Below are positions 1 through 10,102 of a stretch of 64,000 bases of DNA, in pieces. The stretch's first letter is position 1; each line of letters starts with the position of its first letter. The position numbers and the translations under genes were made by a program. This stretch comes from an uncultured Gammaproteobacteria bacterium (GTDB lineage: Bacteria > Pseudomonadota > Gammaproteobacteria > UBA9214). Below the pieces are notes generated by a model. The model saw only the letters and a list, made by a program, of their open reading frames with translations. It did no database searches and was not told the DNA's origin. The stretch spans positions 1 through 64,000 of the forward strand of contig CAWHCQ010000035.1 of NCBI GenBank assembly GCA_963827755.1, given 5' to 3'.

Positions 1-2622
1 AGGTATGTGGTCACCAATACGGGTAACACCGTCCTCAACAACGTGGTGGTGAACGACGACCAGATCGGTCCGATCACCTGCCCGAAGACGACCCTGACAC
101 CCGGCGAATCGATGAACTGCTCGGCTTCCGGTGTTGCCGATGACCTGAACAACACCACGTTCACGACCGTGCCCGGCCTGTGCGGCGGTTTCCCGCAGAC
201 ACCGATGTACGAGAACAAGGGCAAGGCCACGGGTCAGTCGACCACGGGTGAGTTCGTGGAGGACGAGGATCCGAGCCATTACTGCAACCCGCCGATGCCG
301 GCCATCAAGCTGGAGAAGCTGACCAACGGCTTCGACGCAGACACGCGTGACGAATCGTCCACCAGCTACCGGCCCCGAACGGCGATCCGAGCGGTACCGA
401 GCATCAACGCCGGTGCCACGGTGACCTGGACCTACAAGGTGACGAACACGGGCAACACCGTGCTCAACCCGGTAACCGTGAGCGACAACGCCGGTACGCC
501 GGGTGATACGAGCGACGACTTCTGCACGCCGAACGCCGGGCCCTGCGCAGTCGTCATCAACTGCCCGCTCACCGCATTGAATCCGGGCCAGTCGATGAAC
601 TGTACGCGCCCAGCAACCGGCACATGACCTGTCTGTGTTTACCCCGGTCGTTGCCGGGCAGTGTGGTGGCGTGCCGAGTAACCTCTATGAGAATGGCGCG
701 GTCGCCACCGGTACACCGCCAGATGGCGACGGACGTCAGCGACGACGATCCGAGCCATTACTGCAATCCGGGCGTGTGTAACCTGGAGGTCAACAAGACC
801 TGCCTGGTCATCCCGCCGCCGCAGCCCGACGTGGGTACCGGCAGCTGTCAGAAGCCCATCGACGTGCTCAAGCTCGAGTACGCAGGTGGCACGACCATCA
901 CCGGGGTCACCTGGTACGCCGGTGATGTGAGTCCGGGCAACCTGATTCGCTCCGCCACCGCCAATGAGGTCAAAACCCTCAACGGCGGCGGCGTGGTCGA
1001 GTTCAATGGCTTCGAGGTCAACGACTCGCCCAACGATGTGCAGATGGTGACGACCTTCGTCAGCGGCCCCTCGATGACCTCGGAGTTCCACCTGTCCTGC
1101 TCGGATGACGACATGGACGGGCCCGAGGACTGCGGCAAGGTGATTGGTGACGGCAAGGACGATGACCTGCCGGCCAGCTAGCAACATCTGGGTATTCGGC
1201 GGTACGGCCCGCTCTGGATGGTGCGAGGCATCTCCTGCCCGTTGCCGCCAGCACCGCCCGGGATTCCCGACCGCAGACGGCGTGTGAGTTCACACCGCCC
1301 CAGTCGGCCGCCAGCTGCTCCGATATCAAGGACATCACCGCGCTGACGATGATCTGGCAACGGTCCCGACGGCGTCAATATCCAGGTTGACGGACGGTGA
1401 GAGCATCAACGGCATCAACAACGGCGATGTGGTCACGTTCAGCACGCCGAACAAGAACACCTTGAGCTGACGATCACGGGAGCCGTGACCGGGAACTTCG
1501 AAGTTCCATGTCTCGTGCTCCGATGATGAGATGAACGGGCCCGAGGACTGCGGCAACGCCGCAGGGCAACGGCAAGGATGATGACGTCGGGCTTCATCAA
1601 CCAGTGGGCCTTCGAGGGCATGACCGGCGAGAAGGGCGTCATTGACTGCGCGGTGGTCCAGGGCCGCAGCGGAGCCGAGGTGCTCTACGGGATCGAGGTC
1701 AAGAACCTCAATGACGAGCCTGTCACGGTGATCATCACCGATCCCAAGCTGGGCCTGAACCAGACGGAGACCATTGCGGCCAACACTACGTTCCAGCTTG
1801 AAGACCGATCCGACGCTGATCGTTCCCGACGGCAGCAACGTGTTTGTCAATGTCGTCAACGTGAGCGGCCAGACAGTCCGTTGGCGACGCCTGCGATGCC
1901 AGCGCGACGGCCACGGTGACGCGTAATCCACCGCCACCGCCGCCGGTCAGCTGCAGTGACATCAAGGACATCACGGCGCTGAGTATGATCTGGGACGGTC
2001 CGAGTGGTGTGAATATCTCTCCGAGCAGGTGGTGAGCTGTTCAGCAATGTCCAGAACGGCGACCAGATCACGTTCAGTACGCCGAGCTGGGAATGACATT
2101 GATCTGACCCTCAGCGGGGCCGCAAACGGTACCTCCACGTTCCACGTTTCGTGTTCCGATCAGGAGATGAATGGCTCCGAGGACTGCGGCACCAACCAGG
2201 GTAATGGCAAGGACAATGACAGCGGCATCAACGACTGGCTGTTAGACGGCATGACGGGTGAGAAAGGTATGTTCGACTGCGGTCTGTATGTCGGGCCCGG
2301 CGGGACCGGCGGGACCCGATGCCGATGGAGATGGCATCAGTGACCTCACCGATAACTGCACCAACGTGGCCAACCCGGCTCAGGTAGACACTGATGGTGA
2401 CGGTCACGGCAATATCTGCGACGGCGATTTCAACAACTCCTGTGGTCCTGTGGATTTCACAGATCTGGCGGCCTTCAAGACGGCGTTCTTTACCGATAAG
2501 CCCGCTGCACGACCTCAACAGCACTGGCGGTCCTGTGGACTTCACAGATCTGGCTATCTTCAAGGGCCTGTTCTTCCAAGACGCCTGGACCGAGCCCCGT
2601 TGGCTCGCTGTGTAACCCGTAA
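1..2622 (+). CDS. 3' part of a giant secreted repeat protein: DUF11/DUF7507-like Ig repeats, three Cys-rich 'FHVSCSD..MNGxEDCG' repeats, C-terminal TSP3 + dockerin-like module (several frameshifts)
   Basis: ORF pieces 7..627, 624..1181, 1578..1919, 2029..2343 and 2258..2626 join into one reading. Motifs: Y.VTNTGNTVL..V.V.D, TxLxPGxSMxC, DDPSHYCNP (x2), SxFHxSCSD (x3). Corrected end is GSLCNP with TAA at 2620-2622. Start lies upstream of the window. Confidence 0.8.
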
Positions 2623-2629
2623 CTGATCA

Positions 2630-2697
2630 AGCGGAGTCTCTGACATGGGGCTCCGCTCGCATCTTCTGCCGATCGTACTCTGTGTACTGATCGGCAG
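2630..2697 (+). terminator. Two consecutive hairpins after the stop codon
   Basis: AGCGGAGTCTC-tgacat-GGGGCTCCGCT, then CTGCCGATC...GATCGGCAG; no clear U-tract. Confidence 0.35.
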
Positions 2698-3008
2698 CGC
2701 AGATGCCACATATCGGCATTGGGCGGGAAGCGACGGCACCGGTGGCAAAACCAGGCGTAGGCGTAGTCCACTTGGGTTTCGGTGAATAGCATAGGGGGAT
2801 TATGGCGGGTATCCGCTGGAAGCGAACGTCAGCTTTCGCCGCAATCTCGGACATATCGAGATGCGGGACTATCCATTTGGGTCGTTTCCGGTCCTTAAGT
2901 GATTGTTTATATAAGCCAAACATAAAGGTCCGGGTTCGAGCGCAAAGCTGCCGTTCACGGCGCCCCGCCCCCGGCAACCGCGCCAGATTCTCGGGGCAGC
3001 ATGGGGGG

Positions 3009-3082
3009 TGAAAACCTGAAATCCTGAAGATCTGAAATCTGCGGGCGAGTCAGTTGTTTCAGGTTTCCAGTTTTTCAGTTTC
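3009..3082. repeat. Short-period (about 8-9 nt, CTGAAA core) inverted repeat
   Basis: AAACCTGAAATCCTGAAGATCTGAAA ... TTTCAGGTTTCCAGTTTTTCAGTTTC. Confidence 0.55.
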
Positions 3083-3479
3083 CCGGCCCCGGTCGACGCC
3101 CCGAAATCCTGCCCCGACCCGACGCACCCGACATCCCCTCTCCCCGCCCCGGCGACTTTCGACGCATGCAAAAATGCCGACCTCTGCTCCGGAGTGTCAC
3201 GCTCTCCGACGCTTCGGCGTGCCCCCTGCCCGCACTCCAAGTGACCAGCCCCGCTCCGCACACGGCGACTCCGGCGGCACTTCAGTAAAAGTTCGGCCGC
3301 ATAAAAGAGACAACTCGTTGGGCACAATTATTTTTTCAACTATAAAGGGGCCATTTCATGCATCGAATGCTCGGAAAAGTTCAGTCTCCAGTTCGGTCGT
3401 GACAATCAAGAAATAGCGCCGACAGAAAATCGCTTAGAATTCTTAAAGTTTCTGTGCCATAAAAGAAAGTGAGTCTGGT

Positions 3480-3524
3480 ACTGTTAATCACTAGGTCGGC
3501 GGTTCGAGCCCGTCCCGGGGAGCA
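3480..3524 (+). pseudogene. 3' half of tRNA-Asn(GTT); probable integrase att-site duplication
   Basis: ACTGTTAATCACTAGGTCGGCGGTTCGAGCCCGTCCCGGGGAGCA contains the anticodon loop CTGTTAA, T-loop GGTTCGAG and the 3' acceptor strand. No D-arm or 5' acceptor strand upstream. Confidence 0.8.
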
Positions 3525-3606
3525 TCAAGTCCCCTGTGATTCCTGTGGGTTACGATTCATCGTCCGGCGCGGGTGCGCCCTATGGACGGATCAAGAGACC
3601 TACCGC

Positions 3607-5188
3607 TTAATTACAAAGGCCCGCGGCGCTCGGGCCCGGGGTTGTGAAGAACAGGCCCTTGAAGAGAGACAGATCGATGAAGTCCACGGCCCCACCGGTG
3701 CTGTTGAGATCGTGCAAGCGGGCTTTCGGTAAAGAACGCCGTCTTGAAGGCCGCCAGATCTATGAAATCCACAGCACCACAGGAGTTGTTGAAGTCACCG
3801 TCACAGATATTGCCGTGTCCGTCGCCATCGGTATCTTGCTGGCCCGTGTTGTCGACCAGGGTACAGTTGTCGCAGGCATCACCGGCCCCGTCACTGTCGC
3901 TGTTCTCCTGCAGCGGGTTGACGATGAGCGGGCAATTATCGGCTGCATCGGGATCAATAACCGCCGCAAACGGAAAATCGGACGTACTGAACCAGCTGGT
4001 ACCGGCGCTCGAAAAGAAGCCCTGTCCATCGGCATAATCCGGACCAGAGGACAAAACCCAGCGACAGTTGTCCAGCCCCCGCGCCACGATGGCGTAATCA
4101 GTCCCGCCGACCACGCTGGCTGGTGTATCGAAGACAAAACCCACTGCGCCGGAGAAAATTGTCGGCACCTCCGTATCGGCAGTAAACTGTTTCGATGCAA
4201 GGATCGCCCCGTCAGGCTTGCCGGCACCGTCTACGCCCTGGAGTGAAAGCACGAGATCACCTGCGGGACAGTATATTGACAGGCTCACTTGTGTCAGCGA
4301 GCCATCGAATGACACGGGAAAGGTCATCGCCCTGTAGTCATAGGGCGAGCCACTGTTGGGGCCAAACGAGAAGAAGCTCCCGGACAATGAATCGAGGCCA
4401 TAAGTGGCATCTACGCCGGCAGCGTCATAAATGCTATCACCATCGATATCAGAATCGCACAGATCACCCTGGCCGTCGCCGTCAAGATCAAATTGAAGGG
4501 GGTTGGCGGTTGACGGGCAGTTGTCATTTGCCAGGCCTGCGCCATCCCCGTCCAGGTCATAAATGGCGGCCACGCCCTGGATGTCGTCCGCCTGCGGTGT
4601 TTCCGTATCGCCGCTCAGGAACCACATGATTGCACTGCTGTCGCCAGAGTGCTCCAGGCCCAGGCCGTGCCCCAGTTCATGCACGGCAACACGTTTGAAT
4701 TCAGGATCCCCGGTCCATGCGCCTGCATACAAATCCCATTCGTTGTTGTTGTTGAAGATGGTGCCGGTTTTTGAGCGGGTTGTACCCGAGAACCAGTACT
4801 GCTGGATCGCAAGTGTGCTGCCTCCAAACGATGATCCGCAGCTTGTCGTTGCGAATACAACACCACTGCGGGAATCGCTGCTCGGCGGGACGCAGGGATC
4901 AGAGAAACCGCCGCCGGTATTGGCCGTGTATACGAAAGTGGAAAAGGTGGTCCATATCGACAGCGCATCGATATACGCGGCGTCCAGTTGTGCCGTGGTC
5001 GGTCCGCCTGACACTATATTCGGGGGATCGATGCCGGCAGGGTTGGATGCTTCCAGGTCGACATAAACCTCCGTTTCGCCCTCGGCCCAGTAGGTTGAGG
5101 ACAACACATAGGCGCCTGCATTTAAACTGGGCAAGGTGCCTGTTAAAAGCAGGAATGCGCGTACAGCTTGTCGGGGGAAGCCTGTCAT
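3607..5188 (-). CDS. Secreted matrixin-family (M10-like metzincin) metalloprotease with TSP3 repeats, a beta-sandwich domain and C-terminal dockerin-like module
   Basis: Signal peptide; HELGHGLGLEHS zinc motif; Met-turn AIMW; DNCP..NP.Q.D.DGDG.GD.CD repeats. Correcting a 1-nt frameshift near 3715 gives ...KGLFFTTPGPSAAGLCN with stop at 3607. Confidence 0.9.
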
Positions 5189-5887
5189 GGTTTCTTACCG
5201 GTAGCCCCGGGCGTGGCGGCGTTTGACTTCATGATTGCCAGGCGGGATTTGAGGACCTCCTTGAAGCTGGATTTTTCCATCGCATTGCTCAAGGCCTCTT
5301 CACGATTGCCGGTCCAAACGCCCTTTGCCACGCCGTGACTGAATGGCAGGTGAGACAGCTCCGGGGTACCGGGGCCGCCCACACCCATGTTTGCGGGGAA
5401 ATCCAGGTGCATCACCGGGGCGCCCCCCTCGGTGAGAATTCGTTCTATGCCGTAGATATCTTTCTTTACAAGGAAATGTCCCTGCCCCCAGCCGACCAGG
5501 GGATTGATAAGCTGCTTGTCGGGATTTTCAATAAAATAGATGCCATGTTCCCCGACAGCCGGGTAGACCATCGAGCTCACATGCAGGCCTGTGTCATCCA
5601 CGGTTCCACCCAAAAAAGCGAGTGTCACTGTCGGAAACCGGGGTTTCTCCCTTGATGATCTCGTTCACCCTGAAGGTGGTAAAGGTGGTGATTCCGGTTT
5701 TATCCTGATTCCACCTTGCCTCGCTTGAAATGACTTCCCCTTCAAAGATCAGCGCTGCCTCGTCAAGGAGATAATCCATGTCGACCTGCAGCACCGTGGT
5801 GGCGAATACCAGCTTCGGCGCCATGACAAACACGAGCATCGCCGTGACAATGAGTTGAAATTTTCGGTTAATTGCCATAAGAAACAT
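5185..5887 (-). CDS. Secreted OB-fold/TIMP-like protein translationally coupled to the matrixin (frameshift near 5635)
   Basis: ORFs 5594..5887 and 5185..5628 join. Signal peptide, then ATTV..L..A.LIFEGEV...FRVNEIIKG...LGGTV...P.VGE. Stop overlaps the matrixin start (ATGA). Confidence 0.7.
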
Positions 5888-6805
5888 GCTTCCCTTGTCG
5901 TGTACCGTGCCTGCGGCGGACCTGGAGAAATACGAGGGTTACAGGTTGCCGGCGCTGTAAAATCGCAGGTGGCAACCAATGTCTCAAGTATAGGGCAGAT
6001 TTTGTCGTTTTGCGAAGTACGCCCGCGTTATTGGCTATGGCGATTGTCGGCCACAACCTGTGGGTGGCGAATTCCTATTCATGCGGCAATTGGTGTCTGC
6101 ATAAGTCCACCGCAATGAGATTTCCATGAATAGTTGTTGAGTTTTGCGTATGGCGGGATGAACCGGATCCCATCATTGTTAATTTGCATGCTCATTTGAC
6201 CCGGATTTGCATTTTTGGGTGAACCGCCTCAGGCCATGGTGTCCTTCAAGGATTCAAGCAAATAGAAGTTAGCGGTCGGGTCAATGTTTGATGCAAAAGT
6301 GGTTCAAATTTCAGCGCAATTCAACATAGAGGATTATCAGAGCACATTATCTTCCAGTATTAGAAATAAAAATGTGCTCTGGCCGGAGATGGCTAATGGG
6401 CGACTCTCTTTTACGATGAGGGAGCTTTACGATGGGGGAGCGGGTCCGTCAGAAAATCGTCACTTAGCCTGTGCCTGGCTGTCATGAACATAAATAACTT
6501 GTTGTAGAACAGTAGCATATTGATTCGAGAGCGGTAGTTTTCCTCGGGATTTGGTGGTGTCCAAAAAATACGAACAGCGCATCTTACGGCTTTTTATGAA
6601 ACCACTGGTAACTTTGCAAAAGCATGCGACAATAAGGCCATTACAGGAGACACAACACGCGGGTTGGCCTGAATTCTCTTCACGAAAATAACAAAAACAT
6701 GTATGTACGTCGCTGATTGTGAGTACTTTAAGCGACCGGTTATTTGAAAGAAGAGCGATGCGTTAAATCTGTTTTAATTAAATATAATAATCAGGGTTGT
6801 TTCAT

Positions 6806-8183
6806 ATGAATTCCACCTGTCATACAACGCTGGCCAAGCGTGCCGGTACGCTTCCTGGTCTTCTGTTTTTCTTGTTGCTGTCACCGCTCACCCATGCCGC
6901 CGATAGCGATGGTGATGGCCTGGATGACAGTGTCGAAACGAACACCGGTATCTATGTTGATATCAGCGACACCGGTACCGACCCGGGTGACGCAGATACC
7001 GATAATGACACCATTCCCGATGGACTGGATCTGCCCCCGACCCGCAACCCCCTGGTAGCGGACTGGGCGGTGAGTGCGGGTGGTTATCACAGTTGTGCGC
7101 TGGATGACAGCGGCGTGGTGTGCTGGGGTGCCGGGACTACCACAGGTACGTTAATTTTGGACAGAGCATGGTGCCCGACGTTGAGCAATCCGCAGGCGGT
7201 GAGTGCGGGTGCTTATCACAGCTGTGCGCTGGATGACAGCGGCGTGGTGTGCTGGGGTAGACAACGATGATGGCCAGACCACGGTGCCGGCGTTGACCAA
7301 TCCGGTGGCGGTGAGTGCGGGTGAGTTTCACAGCTGTGCGCTGGATGACAGCGGCGTGGTGTGCTGGGGTAGACAACGATGATGGCCAGACCACGGTGCC
7401 GGCGTTGAGCAACCCGGTGGCGGTGAGTGCGGGTGCTTATCACAGCTGTGCGCTGGATGACAGCGGCGTGGTGTGCTGGGGTGCCGGGACCACCAATACG
7501 GTATGGTCATGATTGGACAAAGCATGGTGCCGACGTTGAGCAACCCGGTGGCGGTGAGTGCGGGTGGTTTTCACAGCTGTGCGCTGGATGACAGCGGCGT
7601 GGTGTGCTGGGGTTCCAACGGCTCAATGGCCAGACCACGGTGCCGGCGTTGAGCAACCCGGTGGCGGTGAGTGCGGGTGGTTTTCACAGCTGTGCGCTGG
7701 ATGACAGCGGCGTGGTGTGCTGGGGTTACAACGGTTATGGCCAGAGCACGGTGCCGGCGTTGAGCAACCCGGTGGCGGTGAGTGCGGGTGGTAATCACAG
7801 CTGTGCGCTGGATGACAGCGGCGTGGTGTGCTGGGGTTACAACGGTCAATGGCCAGACCACGGTGCCGGCACTTGCGTTCGATAAAGATCTGGATGGCTT
7901 CACCGATCCGGATGACAACTGTACCCTGGTTGTTAACACGGGCCAGCAAGATACCGATGGCGACGGACACGGCAATATCTGCGATGGCGATTTCAACAAC
8001 TCCTGTGGTGCTGTGGATTTCACAGATCTGGCGGCCTTCAAGACGGCGTTCTTTACCGAAAGCCCGCTTCACGACCTCAACAGCACTGGCGGGCCTGTGG
8101 ACTTCACAGATCTGGCTATCTTCAAGGGCCTGTTCTTCCAGGCCCCCGGACCGAGCCCCGTTGGCTCGCTGTGTAACCCGTAA
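6806..8183 (+). CDS. Secreted RCC1-like 7-bladed beta-propeller protein with N-terminal acidic Ca-binding repeat and C-terminal TSP3 + dockerin-like module (frameshifts in the repeats)
   Basis: Signal peptide ending THA-A; DSDGDGLDD..E...GTDP..ADTD; seven copies of AVSAGxxHSCALDDSGVVCWG; ends GSLCNP at 8183. Confidence 0.85.
7066..7875 (+). repeat. Seven near-identical ~111-130 bp tandem repeats (RCC1 blades)
   Basis: CACAGYTGTGCGCTGGATGACAGCGGCGTGGTGTGCTGGGGT recurs near 7088, 7217, 7329, 7441, 7573, 7685 and 7796. Confidence 0.95.
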
Positions 8184-8396
8184 CTAATAGAGAGATTCAA
8201 TGTATTGGCCGAATGGAAAATCAATGCCCGCGATCCATGGGCCCGATTTTCTCAAGGCACGCTCAAACGCATCGTAGCCCCGCCATTCAATCAGTTCACG
8301 CGCTTCCAGGATGTTGCCATCCAGCCTGCATTCCAGGCACGTGATGGGCTTGCTGCGTTTCGGCCTGCTCGTAAAATCAATGCCGTAGATTTTCAT
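8184..8396 (-). pseudogene. Truncated N-terminal fragment of a DUF429 (RNase H-like nuclease) protein
   Basis: MKIYGIDFTSRP...PWIAGIDFPFGQ ends abruptly about 20 nt from the stop of the RCC1 gene. Confidence 0.7.
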
Positions 8397-8706
8397 GCGC
8401 AAACCCTGGCATGAAGAGACCAATTTATCCACACCCTCCCGGCCGGGCACGCCAGTGACAGTATGGTACGCGCTTGATTCAGACACAGTGGATGCGCAGA
8501 ACGGCAGGAATGCGATCGGTATCGGAAGTAGAACGTACAAGTTGCTGTAATTTCATCTGAACCGGGAAAACCGGCCCGAACAGGTCATTCGGCTGTTTCG
8601 GTTGGCCTCAGGATTTTCGAAGAGAACAGCAATGAAAATCAATCGAAATGGATGGAGCCATCCCGTCGATTTCGGTTCACTTTTCAGGAAAGTATAATCA
8701 TCCTTC

Positions 8707-10102
8707 ATGCATCCTTGTCAGCACAAAAATATCCGGCGTCTGTGCCTTTATAGAAAAATTCTCCTGCCACTGATGCTGTTGCCCTGGCTGACTGGTGGTG
8801 CCGACGCACAGTCAGATACAGGCGTCAAACAACCCGTTTCGTCGGTTTCAATCATTGAAATTCCGGTGCGACTGTCTCTCGACCCACTTACCAAAGCAGC
8901 TGAAAAGACACTCCCGCAGCAGGCAGGTAATTGGCGCACATGGAAGGACTGGCACGGGGTAAAGTCTCAATACCGTGCCTGGCGTGGACCACTCAGCATT
9001 ACTGTCTCGGGTGATGTGTTACTGGTCCAGGCACATATCCGTTACTGGATCAGGGCACGCAAAAAGTTACTGGGTGCAATCAATCTGAAAGGCAGTTGCG
9101 GCATCAATGAACCGCCGCGACAGGCGTTGATTGGTATGCAGGTCCGCCTGGGATGGGGGCCGGACTGGACCGTGAAACCCGAGTTTCACATTCTGCCTAC
9201 CCGGTTTATCGACCGCTGTGAAATGACTATCGCAAATATCGATGTCACACCTCTCGTCGAGAAGGAATTCCGCAAGCAAATGCAGAAAAGCCTGCATGCG
9301 GCGCTTCGGACGCTTGCTCCCGGCATGAATGCAATCCGGAAACAGGCACAGCGAACCTGGTTTTTACTGCAAGAACCGGTAGAACTCGGACAGAACAACT
9401 GGTTTATGTTCAGGCCTGTGGGTGTTGCGCTATCTGGAATAACAGGCCGGGCCAACAACATCGATGCACATCTTGCCGTTGCTTTGCAGCCGGCACTGGT
9501 GACGGGAACTGAACCAGCGGGCAAACCAGTGCCACTACCACTACTTCAACGGTATTATCCCCGTTCTTCCGGGCTGAATCTGCACCTGAGCGTGAACCTG
9601 GATTTTGCAAGTCTCAACCAGAGGTTTTCCGACACCCTTGCCGGACAATCTTTTGACATCCATGGCCAGAAAGTGGGCATCAAAAAGTTAGTCCTCACGG
9701 GCAGTGGTCAGGAAATCGGGGCATGGGTAGAGTTGGCCGGTGAACTCGCCGGGACAATAGAGTTGCGCGCAAGCTTGGTCTATAAAGCTGAAGAACGGGA
9801 GCTGGAATTGCAAGACCTGACGTTTGACTATGACGCTAAAAATTCCAACCATGGCTCTGCTAGAGGAATCGTTTCATGAATACATCCGTCAGGCACTGGA
9901 AAGTGCGGCCAACCAGGCATTGGCACAGTACCTCGCTCTGCTCAGCGAGCGGCTTGAGACAGCCCTGAAGAAAATCATACCGACGGGTGTGTTGCTTGAT
10001 ATGTCCGCTCTGCAGTTACAGTGCCTGCAAATTCATATCGTACAACAAGATATCAGACTGGATGGGGCCGCTACCGGGAGTGCCCGGCTCATGTTGCGCT
10101 GA
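8707..10102 (+). CDS. DUF4403-family secreted protein (frameshift near 9840)
   Basis: ORFs 8707..9879 and 9824..10102 join; signal peptide; S.I.IPVRLSL and C....ANIDVTP motifs. Confidence 0.7.

Noticed and set aside
3440-3524. Intact tRNA gene
   Set aside because: No 5' acceptor strand or D-arm.
5900-6790. Short ORFs and possible regulatory elements in the divergent intergenic region
   Set aside because: No recognisable protein motif, riboswitch or convincing promoter consensus.
7066-7875. CRISPR-like alternation of constant and variable sequence
   Set aside because: The units encode RCC1 blades; constant parts are too long, variable parts too short, and no cas genes are present.
2318-8183. 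Tag copies as a DGR template/variable repeat pair
   Set aside because: Differences are mostly synonymous and not adenine-specific; all copies are coding; no RT in the window.
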